Of a stretch of 64,000 bases of DNA, positions 34,930 through 50,063 are shown in pieces; position 1 is the first letter of the stretch, and each line of letters opens with the position of its first letter. The notes beneath the pieces were generated by a model. That model was not told the origin of the DNA and searched no databases. It saw only the letters and a program-made list of their open reading frames with translations. This DNA is from Selaginella moellendorffii. Taxonomy: Eukaryota > Plantae > Lycopodiophyta. The DNA lies in the NCBI RefSeq assembly GCF_000143415.4, contig NW_003314361.1, forward strand, positions 62,001 through 126,000. Reading direction: 5' to 3'. The position numbers and the translations under genes are program-made.

Positions 34930-36910
34930 GTGTTTCAACCTAGCAGCTCACTTAGAGATGAAGTTGGAGATCGAGTGACTTCTGGCAGTCAGCTTTATTT
35001 ACCCTTTGTAGAGCTTAGAGTGGGTGGCCAATCTTGTCCCTACATACAAGGCAAATGGAAAACTCCACCTTTGTGTTGACTTTCGAGATTTGAACAAGGC
35101 AACTGCAAAAGATCACTTTCCGACTCTATTTATTGATGAGATTCTGGATGAGATGGCTGGACACCATTACTACTCTTTCATGGATGGCTTTTCAAGGTAC
35201 AACTAGATCTTCATTCATCCCAATCATCGAGATCTTACAGCCTTCAGGACATCTTGGGTTGTCTTTGCTTTCAATGTCCTCTTGTTTGGCTTGTGTAATG
35301 CCGGAGCTACTTTTTAGCGCTTTATGATGCATGCCTTTCACGACTTGATTGGAGGCACCTTGAGGGTGTATATGGATGATCTGTGCACGATGTCTGACTC
35401 CTTCGAGGACCACCTTGTGCATTTGGAGTAGATCTTCACTCACTGCTGACAATACAGGTTTACATTGAACCCGGCAAAGTGTAACTTCGGGGTGACTGAA
35501 GGTCGGTTGCTAGGCTTTGATGTCTCACAGGATGGGATCAAGCCCTAGATAGCCAAGGCTCAAGAGATTATGGATTAGAACCCACTAACCAATGTGAAGT
35601 AGCTTCGTAGCTTCCTCAGACAAACAAGTTTCTTTAACCGTTTCCTCCACAACTATGCTGCACGTTCATAGCCTATGATAGCATTGCTACATCACAAAAT
35701 TCCATTTTTCTTTGGTGAGTCCCAGCAACAAGCCTTTGAATCACTGAAGCAGTCACTCTGCACAGCCCCAGTACTCCAACCATCAGAACAACAACTTCCT
35801 TTTGAAATTTACATCACCTTTAAAAGAGGACTTCTCAGGATGTTTTGTTGTGGTGTGTGGATGAACACGAGGTCCTTGAGCTCCTTCATGCTTTCCACTC
35901 TTGTGTGGGGCATTTCTCGGGACAAGTCACAACACAGCTCCTCTTGCACCATGGCTACTTTTGGCCTTGGATTCACCAAGACAGCTTGGCCTATGCAAAG
36001 GCATGTGAGTGGTGCCAACGGTTCAACACCCAGAGCCATGTTCCATGTCTTTCTTTCCAGCTCATCACTTCTCTGGGTCCCTTTTTCTAGTGGGGACTTG
36101 ACTTCGTCGGCTCGATCAAACCACTGAGCTCCAAAGGACAGCAATACATCATTGTGGCAACGGACTATTTCACGAAATGGGTTGAGGCCACCCCTCTACA
36201 ATAGGCAAATTAACAGTCTACAACAAAGTTTGTCTATGAGTACATTATTTGCCAATTCGGAGTTCCTGCCATTTTGATTTCTGATAGTGGCAGCAGCTTT
36301 CTTGGACAGGTGATACAGCATCTTCTCCAATGACTGCAGGTCAAGCACGTGAAGACCAGCAGCTATTATCCTGAGTGCAATGGCCAGGCTGAGTCTAGCA
36401 ACAAGATATTGAAGACAATTATCTCAAAGCTTGTGGAGGATCACCCAAGGCGTTGGCACAAGGATTGTGGGCCTTTCGAACGTCCTTCAAGACATCTATC
36501 TCCACGAGAACTCTTGTCTATGGGACAGAGGCTGTGTTTCCAGTGGAGATCCAAGTGCTGTCATGCTCACTTTTGCTTCAATACGCAGCAGCAATGAGGA
36601 CAAGCTTCATGCCTATGACTTAGAGGTTCTTGCCTTGGAAGAACAGCAATGATCCATGACTAAACTTCTCCTTTGAGGCAAACAAAAGATCAAGTCAGTA
36701 ATTGATCACCAGTGGTTTACCGAACCTTTCGAGGATGGCAATCTTCTTCTACTCAAGGACTTCATGCCACTTTCAAAGTTCTCCCCTTGCTGGACCGGCC
36801 CCTACTTTGTCCAGCGACACATCAGAGGTGGAGCAAATGTGCTAGTTGATGCTAAGGGACGTGAGCTCCCACATGCTCACAACCACTCTCACCTCAAATG
36901 CTTCATCTAG
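34930..36910 (+). pseudogene. Degenerate non-chromovirus (Athila/Tat-like) gypsy pol: RT and integrase, with RNase H largely deleted
   Basis: LCVDFRDLNKATAKDHFP..FIDEILD, YSFMDGFS.YN, VYMDD, IIVATDYFTKWVEA, YYPECNGQAESSNK. Confidence 0.85.
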
Positions 36911-39115
36911 TGAGGTGTTCCTTTTCTTTTATTTCCTTTCTTTTGCTTTACTTTCATAGCTTCTTTCCTTACTTTCTGGGGTGTTTCTCCATTGTACCAT
37001 AGCTTGTGCCTTGGATTTTGTGCTCAAGCTGCATTGCCCTTTGTATGGATATTCCTTGCTTGGCTTGGTCTATGTTCCATGTTCTTTGGCCCTTCCCTTA
37101 CCATTACTATACCCCACACATTCCCCACACCCATTCAATATCATCTACACTCACAGTTCCATCACCAGTCACTTCTAGCAGCATTGCCCACACTTACCTC
37201 TAGATGCCCGTTTTGCATCTTTCATTCTTTCACCATCATTCACATCTCTGTTTGAGGTCACATTTACACCATACCACAGACACATACATGCACCAGCAGT
37301 AGAAGACACCACCTCATTTGGACATGTTGTTTCCAAGATATCATTACGACCATTTGCCGTCAACGTACTAGCTTTTCTGGAGTCACTATCTTCCAACCAG
37401 GTGAACCTATTCACTCAAGGCACCTAGGTGGATCTTTAAGCAAGGCCACAAAAGCCAAAGCCATTTTCTCCTGCTCTAGCACTCAGTGGACACATGCCAC
37501 CTCTCTTTACCGGCAACCCAATGACTATGCCGTCCTTTTCAGCTGCTGACTTCTTCAGTCTAACACATCAGATCATTGGCCTGACACTTTCAGATATGGA
37601 CACCTTCTCAGAATGCCACCACCATTTTAGCACTCCACCATATCACTCCATCTTTCATCATTTCTACACTTACCACCCTTGGGCAATGCATCCCCTCTTC
37701 TACCTCTCTTTCTTTCTCGATTTCAGCCAATCCTTGGAGTATATCGGAAGTCATCAAGAGGCTACATTTGCATATTACACTTTCCTGAGCTGAAATCTAG
37801 GTATAGGTTAAGTTCTTTAGGTACTCACTTTTTTTCCTTTATTTTTTCTCCTCTTTTCACTCTTTTTTTGCACTTTTCTTTAACTTTAGTCCAATTTAAC
37901 TACAAGGTTTCCCACCGGGTTTTCCTCCCTATCTTCAAACTTCACACCTACCTTTTTTCTTTCCTTTTCCACTTTGTTTTCTAGAGTTCTTACTATTTCA
38001 TGTAGTTACCAGCACTTGGCATCAGTAGCAAAGGCACACTCTACACTCTTCAAAGGGTTCTCACGCATCTAGAGTTAGCACAATCCACCATGGTCACATG
38101 TTAGGGCGTGGCCATTGAGAGAGTGAGAGAGAGAGAGAGAGGGAATATTTTGATCCTCAAAATATTCCCCATCTTCCTTGTATAAAACCCTTGCCCGACA
38201 AAGGTAAGGACAAGGGGGGGGGGGGGGGGGGAGGGGGCATTTGTGGAGAGCATTGAAACATTTATCGTGTTTGAGCAAGTGTTGGGGGAGGTGCCCCTCC
38301 TTCCCCCAACATTGCTTATATGGTGTTCTCGGGCTACAGCAACCTCTTTCTTGGACTCCATAAGCTTTTGGAGCAACTTGTCATAGTGTGACTATTGTTG
38401 AAGAATTATCTCCTTCAGGTATCGCATCTTGTTGGCAAAGTTCACAATAGCCAGAGGTGTGTTCAATAGTGATGGGCTTTGGTGGTGATGGGCAAACAAC
38501 TGCATAAGGTAACTCTAATGGGGTGATGGCTTGGTTGAAGTCAACTTTGGCAATCCCTAGGTTAACAAGCAACTCTCTTTTTAGCTTTATGGCAAATGAA
38601 AATGCTGCGTGGCAAGACCTGAATGTCTTTTTAAGAAGTTTCCATTGCAAGTTCCCACGTAGACTTGTTGTGAACGCTATAATCCCTTGTTGCTTGTCTT
38701 GGACCACTTTGCGATCCCAATACTACTTCTAGTAGGTTCAAAACCTAGTGATGTAATCGAGGATAGGCTCATGAGCACCCTGCCAGAACAAAAAGAGATC
38801 GATAAGTAGCGGATTTGCAGGTTTTTCTATCGATGAAACATTCTCTGAAAAAAGCAAGTAGTATCTAGAAGTCCGTCCAATCCTTTAGGAGAAGAGAATC
38901 TACCCAAGTTGCCACTTGCAAGAAGTCTTGGCACATATGATCATTGTTGACAATCATGTTTGTGGTGCAGTAGTAATCAAAGCGACCAATATGAAATGCT
39001 GGAGAGACTGTCCCAACACCTGAGAAGGTTGGTAAATCACTCCCCTTCTATAAAACATGGAGCTGAGGTCGAGCTAAAAGTGGTTGTGCCATAGCTTGTA
39101 GATCTAAGTCACTAA

Positions 39116-40643
39116 TGTGAGACACAAATCCCTAAACCCTAAACCCAAAGTGAAGCCGAAAGGGTGCCACGTAGTGGTGGCTGAAGCGAAAGCCAAACGA
39201 GTGTAACCTATTTGGACTAAAAGCTCTGATGAAGTGCTCAAGAATGAGCATGAAGCAAGCCGTAAGTGAGTCTCTAGAAAAGGGACACAAGAGGACCAAC
39301 ACAAAACCCGAGATAGAGTTTGAGATGGACCCGAGATGGAGTTCAAGATGGACCTGAGATGGAGTCTGAGATGGACCCGAGATGGAGTCCGAGATGGAGT
39401 CTGAGATGAACCTGAAATGGAGTCTGAGATGGACCCGAGATCGAGTTTGAGATGGAGTCCGAGATGGAGTCCAAGATGGAGTCCGAGATGGACCCAAGAT
39501 GGAGTTTGAGATCGAACTGAGACTAAGACCGAGACCGAGACTGAGACCGAGACTGAGACCGAGACTGAGACCGAGACTAAGACCAAGACTGAGACCGAGT
39601 TCGAGTCTGAGTCGAGACCGAGACCAAGTCTGAGTCCAAGTCGGAATCCGAGTCCGAATACTAATACAGGCTGTTGGGTGATAGCAGGGGGGGCTACAAA
39701 GGGTTGCAAAAGTATAGTAGGGAGAGTATGGGGGTTGGACCCTAGTGGAGCCAGTTTGGCCAGGAAAGGCTAGTTTGGCCCAGGAAGGTTGTACCTAGGT
39801 GTTGGGTGATAGGATAACCACTGGGAAGTCCAAGGTGAATACAAATCAACAAATAGGGTAACTTGGTGAAGTGTTTAAGAGCTGGTTTTAGTTCCCCCAG
39901 GAGATCGACTGGTCGATGCTCCTAGTCCAAGTGTGGGTGGCACTACCTACTTGGATACTTGGCATAACTCAACGGAACCTCGCTCTAAGCCCATGGCTAG
40001 AGCACCAAAAGGCGGAAGGTGGGGAGAGTACCCATGAGGCTCACGTAAGGCCTCAGTGTTCCGAAATGTTGTCCCAAAGTCCCAAACTATGGAAAGGAAG
40101 AGGAGTAGTCCTCTGGTGTGGCAACCAAGGATACAGTCACACGGTGAGGAAGTCTTAGAGGACAATAAAACTTGGTAGTTAGGCTAGTGGGCCTTGATCC
40201 AGTGGCAGTGTTGGCAAACACGGCCATGGACAAAAAAGGACTTGGTAGGGACTGAAAAAGGGATATTAGGGAAGGTTATTCTCCATGTCTGTGGGCATCC
40301 TAAGGATGCTAAGGACTGGATATAGGATGATCACTTATGGATGGATGACCCAATCTTTGAGAAACAGGGCTGTGATGTAGGTGGTGTTGGACCATCCATG
40401 AGACCAAAGTGAGTGGGCATGGCCTTAGCGTAATAGGATGATATGTTGGTGGTACCTTGGAGTGTCAGTCATGGGATTGGACACATGGAGCACTTGGACC
40501 AAGTGCAAAGGTTGATGCCATTCTCGGGGCTACTAAGCCCTAAGTCTTGAATTGGACTTGTGGAAGTTGTGAATGAGACTCCTCCAAGTGGTTGGAGGTG
40601 TGGTTAAGTGATTAAAGTAGAATGGAAAAATTGATCACTTACA
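39116..40643 (+). mobile_element. Solo LTR of family F2
   Basis: TGTGAG...CTTACA; no PBS or PPT adjacent; flanks ACTAA/ACTGG (3/5 match, possibly a decayed TSD). Confidence 0.85.
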
Positions 40644-42137
40644 ACTGGAATTTGCTGAGGATGAATAAAATTTGGCTCAAGAAGGTTTTATACCATACCT
40701 AAGCTACCTCTAAATGCTAGAAAGTTTACTTCGTACCTTAGGGCCTTGAGATATGGTAAAAGGGAACCAATTTGCTGGATGCCTAGTTTATACCAACATC
40801 AAATACCCTGAATACTACAAATGCCTAGTCAAAGCAACTGGATTGATAGGAACAATAAAACTGTAAACTTCTCTAAAGCATAGAAAGAAGAGTTCTTGGC
40901 CAAAATCAATGGTCTAGAACCCTTTGTCTTGTCTACAAATTGCTTAAAGGTGGTTAAAATGCCCATAACAAAGATAAACAAGCTTGAAAATGGAAGGAGA
41001 TGTAGGCCGGTTGGTAAACTTACTTTAATATAGCTCCTTCAACATCTTGGGACACACCCTAAAGCACATACTTTTGCTTCTACTCTCACTACTACTCTTA
41101 TGCTTACTCCTACTCTTGTGCCTATTCTTACTCTTGCACTTACTCCAGCTCCTACTCCCCTAAGATTGCTTCTTTCCTAAGAAACCCTTACCAAAGTTTA
41201 GCCCAAAAGAGAAAAATGAGTACCCCAATCTTAATCCTTCATCAATTTGATGGTAATTAAGCTCGTTGGAAAGAGCTTAGCCCCATTTACCCCACTATTC
41301 CAAGAATTTGTGATGAAGACACCTCAATATCCCATGAGATCCCAAAAAATATAGCCTAGAACACCAATATCATGGAAAAAACATTTGCATGTCATAAAGA
41401 AGCACGAATTCTTATTGCAAAGATTCCCTTATTTAGCCAAAGAAGAAAATATTTTTGCATGCCACAAATTTTCCCAAATCTAGCACTAAAAATCATCTCA
41501 ACTTGTAGATTTAGGCCTAATCTACAAACCCAAATGCACCATTTTAAGAAATTAGGCCAAGAATCTAAGCAAAAGTGGAGTGGCAGCGCAGTGGAGCTTT
41601 TGAGATAGCTTAGAGGTGGTTGGGTGGTAAAGAACCTCAAGAGAAGGTATAGCGTAGTCTAGAAAGACTAGATCTCTATCTTTTTTTGCCAGATCATAAC
41701 ATTGGTATTAGAGAAGTTGGTTGCGATGGCCGACCAAGCTGAACGTTGGAATCCTATTATCGATGGTGGTGCCGATGATAGTGCTAATGGAGCTACAGAG
41801 GTTTGGACCATTCAAAATGTTGTTCATAAGTTGCAAGCCCTTAACCAAAATTAGCAAGAAATGCAAGATGAAATGTATGGCATGATGGATACCATACGTG
41901 AGTGTGTTGAGGCATTCGAGGTTGGATGTGGTAGCCCTCCAAATAAGCTTTACTTGGTAGATTGACTCATGATTCCAACCTTTTCTAGTGATGGTGGTGT
42001 GGACGAGTATTTCACTTGGCTAGCCAATATAAAGAAGTTCTTGGCTGCTAGGGGAACTCTGGATGCAGGGGCTTTAGTGGCTATTCCAATGGTTTTGCAT
42101 GGTGTGGGTCTTCGATAGTGGAATTGGCTTGAGGAGT

Positions 42138-42641
42138 TGTAGTGTATGTGGTTTTTACCCTTTATCCTATGGTGATTTACCATAGGATAACACCACGAAG
42201 TGGAACCTAAACCCTTTATGTACCACGTGTCACATGCCACGTGTCCATAGGACAGTGGTGTGGAACCTGAGGTTCAGGGCCTTGGGCCATTGAATGAAGG
42301 AATGATGCCAAACTCCCAAGCATGGAGCCAAAGAGTGATGGAACCAAAGCACGGAGCAACTCCCAAGTATACAGCCCAAGGAGCGAAGGGACATGAGCAC
42401 GGAGCAACTTAGAATAGTCCTAGAGTATCCAACATCTCAAAGCCAAGACCAATACACAAAACGGAGCCAAACGGAATTTGGTGCTATTTCAGCATACCGG
42501 TGGCCTAATGCGAGGATATGGGTACTCCACCAACTAGCATAGTGTGGAAGCCGAACGCAGAACAAGGACAAGCATGCAAGCAGGAGCTAAACTATGCCTT
42601 ATGTTGGTTGGCCATGCTTGACCTGCCCACTATCCCTAACA
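42138..42641 (-). repeat. F3-related LTR (3' LTR on the minus strand; PPT AGAGGGGGC at 42642-42650)
   Basis: Inverted homologue of ~5805-6334 including the TTATCCTATGGT hairpin; TGTTAG...CTACA on the minus strand. Confidence 0.8.
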
Positions 42642-42650
42642 GCCCCCTCT

Positions 42651-44916
42651 GTGGACAATATCAAAGTTATAAATTAGAGACTTAATTATCAGGAAATAAA
42701 TCGTATATTAGAACACAAAAGTATTCTAAGTAAGTTATCATCCAATAAACCAGTATTAGAGTATAGAAACCACCAAGATCACTATCATTGGAAAACATAA
42801 GATTCACCATCCAACAAAATTCAATAGCAAGTATATCATTAAGTAAATTCAATGAGAAAACTTAACTACCGAAAATTGTAGACAGTATGTTAAACAACTT
42901 ACTAAAGATAACTCAAAGAACACAAAGTATCAGTGACTGGCAAGCAAGAGACTCGCAAATGTATCACCCAAAGGAAATAATATTCTAATCTATTAGAATT
43001 AACTCAAGCAATGATCAACAGAACAAAATGAATGTTGCAAGACCAACAAACATAGCATTTATGCCAATCATCGCACTAGCCAATCCAAATAGATCCCGGT
43101 CAATAATACAAAGGAATTCAAGTTGCTTAAGCAAGTGTCAGCAACATCCTACTGATGTCTCAAACCCAATAGACCAATCCAAAGAAAACCACATAGAACA
43201 TGTGGTATTGCGAAAAGCTATAAGTTATCAAAGAGAACAATGAACCATCATGAAAGATCATCAATCATTCTATCAAAAAAGATATGCAGAATCATCGTCT
43301 AAGAAGGAATCTACCATCTCGAAGAACGGCAAATCATTCTATACCAACAATAATCAAGCAAAACTTTTTGACAAGGATAATCAACTATCCTAAATGATAG
43401 TCAATCATCACCAATAATTGCTAGATGCAAATACTAACTTCAACATTGAAGCTATGAGTTAGAATGCCTTCCCTAACAACTTTTAACAAATGAAACAATG
43501 AGCACAAAACTCAAGGAACCAAAAGCTCAAAGAAACCTATAGCTAACTTTTGCCTAATAATAATCACGAGTCTCATAGAAGCTAACTTCAATGCTAAAGA
43601 AGAAATCATGGTGCAGCCCACAATATCTTCTCAACACATCCATAAGCTAAACTTCATAATGCCAAAGTTAATGAAGAATATTTCTGCATTAATCCAAAAG
43701 GTAAGCACAATGGAGTTATGCCCAACAAGTGATCACTAAAAAATCCTTCATGAATCCATTTATAGCAAGATGTAACTCATTTCATAACAAACACAAGAAA
43801 AATCATCAACAATTGATATATTTTGAACTCAAATCCAATAAGGACTCAAATATTTTAATATCAAACACTAATTTTTCCTCTCGTAAAGCTAGTATAGTCC
43901 ATGATTAAATCACTTTTCAAGGAAAAACTAAAGTTCAACCTCAACTAAGCAACCTCGTCTAGAACACAACTAACTCAACTTGCCACTCAGTTCATTTGAA
44001 CATCAACACAGTTGCTAACTAGCAAATGCATAAATGCCAACAACACAAACATAAAGCCAAATCATTGACACTATTTGCATTGAGATTAATGAAACTCAAT
44101 ATCAATCCTAGGGAGAGACATTTCATCCCACTTAAATCTCAACATCAATAATGTCAACAATAAGGCATCATTTGAATGCTATCAACACCAGAACAAAGCT
44201 AAAAGAAAGCAAAAGTGAATCACCACTCAAAACTCTGTATCAAAAAAGCTAACCAAAGTTGAAGATACCTTAGTTAGTATCTGAGACCAATCTTTCAACA
44301 ATACTCAGTTTCAGATAACACATCATTAAAGAGATTCATCACATCCAAAACTCAATGAAATCTAACACCATGAGCTAAACGCAACCAAATGATATCAACA
44401 AAGGTAGAATTGATATGCTAACATGGAAAACCCATGTAAGTCTAACGACACGATCCTCCTCAACACCATCCGGAAAAGTAAACCCATCATTGATAAATCT
44501 TTATCAAATGAAGCAAGTGTCAATAGTCCTCGACTAAGTTTACAAGTAATCACTAGCTGCAAAGCAACTAACAATCACTCCTCAACTTGCCTTCACAAGA
44601 CCCAAACACCAACTCTTGTCATTAAGTTATATACTTGTCAAACATGAACATAATACCTCAAGTATAAGATAAAGGTTCATGGACAAACATAAATTAAATG
44701 ACCACTCGAATCCAACTCAACCGCAACAAGCTCACTAATGCATTTAGCCAATAGCTTTGAGCATGTCTTGAAAGGCTAGCTATGCATGATCAACACTTAG
44801 TCAAAACTAAAGTGAAAACCATGAGATGGGCTCATATTGGTACACAACCTCCTCATAAACACAGTTATAGTACAGGTATTAACATCTCAACCTCAAACAA
44901 TTAAATTGGACATCAC
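42651..44916 (-). pseudogene. Highly decayed retroelement internal region (possibly copia-like)
   Basis: Directly upstream of the PPT/LTR on the minus strand; only faint motifs (e.g. ISIVDD). Confidence 0.35.
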
Positions 44917-46043
44917 TGTAAGGAACTAACTCCCCGAGGTGTCGTAGGCTAAAGGATCCCCGAAAGCATGACCAAAATGATAAAGATTTCATCGGATGGG
45001 ACCGAGTCTGAGATCGAGTCCAAGACCGACTCGGAGACCGAGTTCAAGATAGAGTCTGGAATCGAGTCCGAGGCTGACTCGGAGACCGAGTTCGAGACCG
45101 AGTCTGACATCCGAAATTGGGCCCGAGACCGAGTCTGAGGTCGAGTCCGAGGTCGGGTCCAAGATTGGGTCCGAGATCGAGTCCGAGATCGAGTCCGAGA
45201 TCGAGCTAGAGACTGAGTCCGAGTACTAATACGGGTCAAGGGGTGAAAGCCCAAAGCGTGCGTCTCCCAGGGGGGGGGGGGGATAGTGAGGTTCAGGAGC
45301 CAGTTTTGAAGGAACTCTCCAGTGGGGCTTCCAAACTGACTTGAGGTTGGGACTGGGACCGAGGGGCCTTGGGTGGGAGTGAGCATGGACGTGATTGGTG
45401 CCGGAGGGGCCATCCAAGGAAGTGCTCAAGAGTAGCTCCCACTCCCGAAAGGGAAATCAACTACGGTGCTCCCGGCTCATGTGGAGTGGTGCCCCACTTG
45501 AGTACCATGCGGCTCATTGGTCCTTGCCCTTCCTAGGGGCTTGGACCTTCCCTTCGGGATGGAAGTGGGGGGGTAAAGGTACCCATACCGGGCCGTTAGG
45601 CCACGATGTTTCGCCCCGGCTTCCCGAAGCAAGTGTTGCACCCAAGGCTTGCGATTGAAAGGGTCCCATGATCAAGTCTTGTGGTACCAAGGGATGTTAG
45701 GAACCTGGAAGCTTGGTGTGCTTGGCTGCTTGTGCTTGTGGGGAGTGTAGCCAAATCTTAAGTCTAGTCTAACCCGGGGAGGGGGATTATGAGAGATTTG
45801 GGAATCCATGGATGGATGGCTAACACTCTGTTGCTCAATGAGTAGCTGAAACCAAGTAGGACCAAGTAGGAGCTGGTACCATAGGCGGGAACCTTGGCGA
45901 GGAAACTTAGCAAAAGCCAAGGCAGTGTTGGACGGATAGACGAGGTAAGCTGGCAAATTGGAAAGGAAAAATTTGTGGCGTACAATTTGGTATCGGAGCC
46001 TTTTCCTCAGTTCTAGCGAAGGATAGAGGCAGATTGTTGGGAG

Positions 46044-49000
46044 ATGGCAAAGGCAGGGCGGAAGCGAACCAAGGTGGGGACGAAACCTCCTTGAGAGCTG
46101 GAGCCTCTCGTCGAACAAGAGGCTATGGATGAGGAATCCTTGCATGAGGAGGACTCCAGTGAGGAAACTTCCAAACAGGAGTCCAATGGTGAAGTTTAGG
46201 GCGAAGGGGAACATATAGCAAAGGGAAATTCAAGAAGAGTTTCTCTAAAAATGAGTCCTCGGGGTTCCGGAAAGGCAAATCTGATGGCCAGCGAGCAAGT
46301 ACGTAGGGGAGTCAAGCAAAAAGAGACAAACCCATGAATAAGAAGGTTAAGTCGTTTAGCAGCATGGGAAACAACGTATGCTATAACTGCGGTGAGGCGG
46401 GACACTTTTTGAGGGAATGTCCCTACCCGAAGAAGGCCAAAGCTAATATGGCCATTAAGTCGGGTGAAGTCCAAACTGAGGTATGTGATCCAGTCCCTAG
46501 CTCAAAGTTACTCAAGCAGTATGGCAAAGGGGGCACTCGGACACGAGCAACTTTGGTAGAGAGTCGTTCGCGACATCTACTAACCCTCCGAAGGAAGCTC
46601 GGAGGTAGCTTTGTTAAGATCCTTATTGACATGGGTGCTTCGGATAATTTTGTGGCTGCACATATAGTCCGGCAAGCCGGACTAACGGTGCAGCGGCTGG
46701 GCGAACCAAGGACTATAGAGTTTGTTCAAGGTAGCCAAAGCACCGATGAGGTACTTTGACAAGCAAGAGTCGAAGTAGGGACTTGGAAAGTAGACATGGA
46801 TTTCACTGTGTTGGACATGGCGGGATTTGACATGATCTTTGGGATGGATTGGTTCAATCGATTCGTGGTAGCCCTGCATGGACAAGGTAGGAACCTTGTG
46901 GTATTAGCGAATGCCCAAGGAAGAAGATCCAGGGTGGAGGCCCAGGATCTAAAGGTAGGGCAATGTAAGGCCAAAGATTCGTGCTTAAATTTGGTGTCCA
47001 CGAGAGGACAACTCACTAAAGGGACAAAGGCTGCATTTTTATGCTTTCTCTCGGTGAAGAGTGACAAAAAGATAGGAACAAAATAAGTACCTTTAGTGAT
47101 CCAGCAGGTGTTAGACCAATTCCAGGATACCATACCAGAGGAGCTACCGGCGGGGTTGCCCCCCACGTGACCGATAGAACATAAGATTGAGCTGGTCGAG
47201 GGTGCTGAGGCAGTGGTTCGTCCCCCCTATCGTTTGAACGAAAAAGAATTGGCGGAGCTCAAGCGCCAACTAGAAGAGTTGGTGGACAAAGGGTATGTTA
47301 GGTTGAGCAAGTTGCTGTATAGGGTGCCGGTGCTATTTGTGAAAAAGAAAGATAGATCTATGCGCATGTGTATAGACTACCGGTTGCTCAACAAATATAA
47401 AAAGAAGAATAAGTACCCTTTGCCAAGGATTGAGGACCTGTTCGATAGGTTGGGAAAGGCAAAATACTTCTCGAGGATTGACCTAAGGTTCGGATACTAC
47501 CAGATCAGGGTAGCAGAGGAAGATGTCGAGAAGACAACCTGTCGAACGAGGTATGCGAGCTTCAAGTTTCTGGTGATGCCCTTCGGGCTATGCAATGCGC
47601 CGGCAATGTTTTCGGTGTTGATGAACCATATCTTTGTACCCTATCTGGATCACTTTGTGGTCGTCTATATTGACGACATCCTGATCTATAACTAAACGCT
47701 AGAGGAGCATGCCAAACACTTGACAAAGGTGTTTGAGAAACTAAGGGAACACCAGCTGTATGCTAAAGAGAGCAAATGTGACTTTGCTCAGCAAAAGGTA
47801 AAGTTTCTCGGGCATGTGGGAGGCAAGGACGGGCTCAAGGTGGACCCAAGCAATCCAGGATTGGGAGCGACCATCGAATGTACACGAGTTAAGGGCATTC
47901 CTGGGGCTATGCAACTACTATCAAAAGTTTATCAAACACTATTCGAGAGTAGCCCTGCCCTTAACGAACCAAACGGGAAAAGGGAAGATGGTATGGACAG
48001 CAGAATGCGAGGCGGCATTCATCCACCTCAAGGGGAAGTTGAGGAAGGCTCCCATGTTGGCGTTACCAGACTTTGGTAAGGACTTTGAGGTAGAAACGGA
48101 TGTTTCAGACTTTGTGTTGGGCGCAGTTTTGAAGCAAGACAACCATCCAGTAGCGTTCTTCTCGAAGAAGTTAGACAAGGCTCAATGGAAGTGGCCTGCC
48201 TATGAGAAGGAATTGTTTGCGGTGGTCAAGGCGGTCAAGGAGTGGCGACACTACCTTGGGAGACACTTCAAGGTTTACACGGACAATGTGGCAACGAAAC
48301 ACTTCTTGTCACAGCCCGACCTGAGGGGAAAACAAGGTCGGTGGGCCAATGCTTTGGCCAAGTTTGATTGCAAGATTCTATACAAGCTTGGGAAGAGCAA
48401 CATCGTGGCAGATGCGCTAAGTCGAAAAGCGAGCTTGAAATTGGCAATATCTAGCATGACAACAACCTTTTGGGATGATGTGCGGACCACATACGAGAAC
48501 AATAGTCTAGCACAAGAAGTGTTGCTGAGGAATCTAGAGGCACGGGAAGCTCACCAGAGAGGTGAGCTGCCAACGGAAGAGAAAACGGGCTATGCAGAAC
48601 GCAATGGACTCATATATTACAAGCAAACGAGGGTGTATGTTCCAGAAGGGGAACTAAGGAAGGTAGCCTTAGAAGAGTGTCATGACGGACTTCTTGCGAG
48701 ACACGGCAGAGTGCCCAAGACAATGGGCTTACTCAAGAGGAAGTACCACTGGCTAGATATGGCTAAGGATGTCCAAGACTATGTAAAGACATGTCCAACA
48801 TGTCAGCAGGTCAAAGCCGTGACTAAGGCTAGTGGGGGCTTGTTACAAAGCATCCCAATTCCAAATCGTCCGCGGAAATGTCTTACGATGGACTTCATCA
48901 CGGGACTTCCCCCAAGCGAGGGGTTCGATGCGATATTCGTGGTGGTGGATCGATTTTCGAAGATAGCACATTTCATACCCATCACAATGGAAGTGGATGC

Positions 49001-50063
49001 AGAAGGTGTGGCGAAGCTATTCTTCGAACAAGTGGTACGAGTTCGGGGAAGGCCGGAAGAGATTATCTCAGATCGAGATAACATCTTCACCAATAGGTTC
49101 TGGAGGACACTCCTAGAACAGTATCGCACCAAGTTGAAATTCAGCATAGTCTATCACCCACAGACAGGTAATGGGTACTAAGTCAAGTTTGATGGCACTA
49201 ACACTTCTTGACAGACAGACAAATGGAAAGGGTGAATAGGCAGCTGGAGGATTATTTGCGATGCTATGTCTCGGGAGACCAGACCAATTAGGTAAGTCAT
49301 TTGGGCCTTGCGGAAATGTGTTATAACAACTCACCACATTCGAGCATCGGGGTGAGTCCATGGGAAGTCATCAATGGGCGAGCTATTGAAAGTCCTGTGG
49401 AACTCGGCGTGGCCGAATATCATGGAGAGTTACCCGCAATGGAGGCATTCACGGCGGAAAGACTCAACATTTGGAATCTAGTGAGGGATTCCTTGGAACG
49501 AGCTCAACAAAGGCAAACTAAGTATGCGAACCAGAAGTGCCGGGATGTAGAGTTCCAAGCTGGGGAGGTGTGGCTGAACACCAAGAACCTCAGGCTACCA
49601 GGTGGGATCAGTCGAAAGTTGACCCAAAGGTAAAAATGCATGTATTCCTGTAAATGAATTGATCTTGAGTTCCTTAAGCACATTCGTGGGGCCTTACGAG
49701 ATTGAGGCTCGAATCGGTAAAGTGGCTTACCGTCTCCAACTTCCACGAGAGATGGGGAAGATGCATCATGTGTTCCACGTGAACTTACTCAAGCTATATT
49801 TTGAGGATCCGTTTCACAAGGACCAAGTGAGACCTTTACCTGAGGTTATCCAAGGGGAAGAAAAATACGAAGTCGAGGCCATCCTCAATGCGCGCAAGAG
49901 CAAGCGACAAGGACATGAGGTGAGAGAGTTCCATGTGAAGTGGAAAGGATTTCCACACTGCGAAGTAAAATGGGAACCGGAGGAGAACCTAGCGAACGCA
50001 CGAGATCTAGTGGAGGAATTTCTAAAAGGCAGAACTCTATGTACTTATGCAAAGTTCAATTAA
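46044..50063 (+). pseudogene. pol: gag-pol of F1b with chromodomain; stops, frameshifts and a gag deletion near 46197
   Basis: CYNCGEAGHFLREC; IDMGA; [19 protein letters not shown]; ETDVSDF; HDG..RHG...CPTC, MDFITGLP, SDRD; chromodomain YEVEAIL...FHVKWKGF....WEPEENL. Confidence 0.93.

Noticed and set aside
38099-38338. Possible short solo LTR (TGTTAG...CTACA with TATA, GA and G runs)
   Set aside because: No TSD, PBS, PPT or second copy in the window
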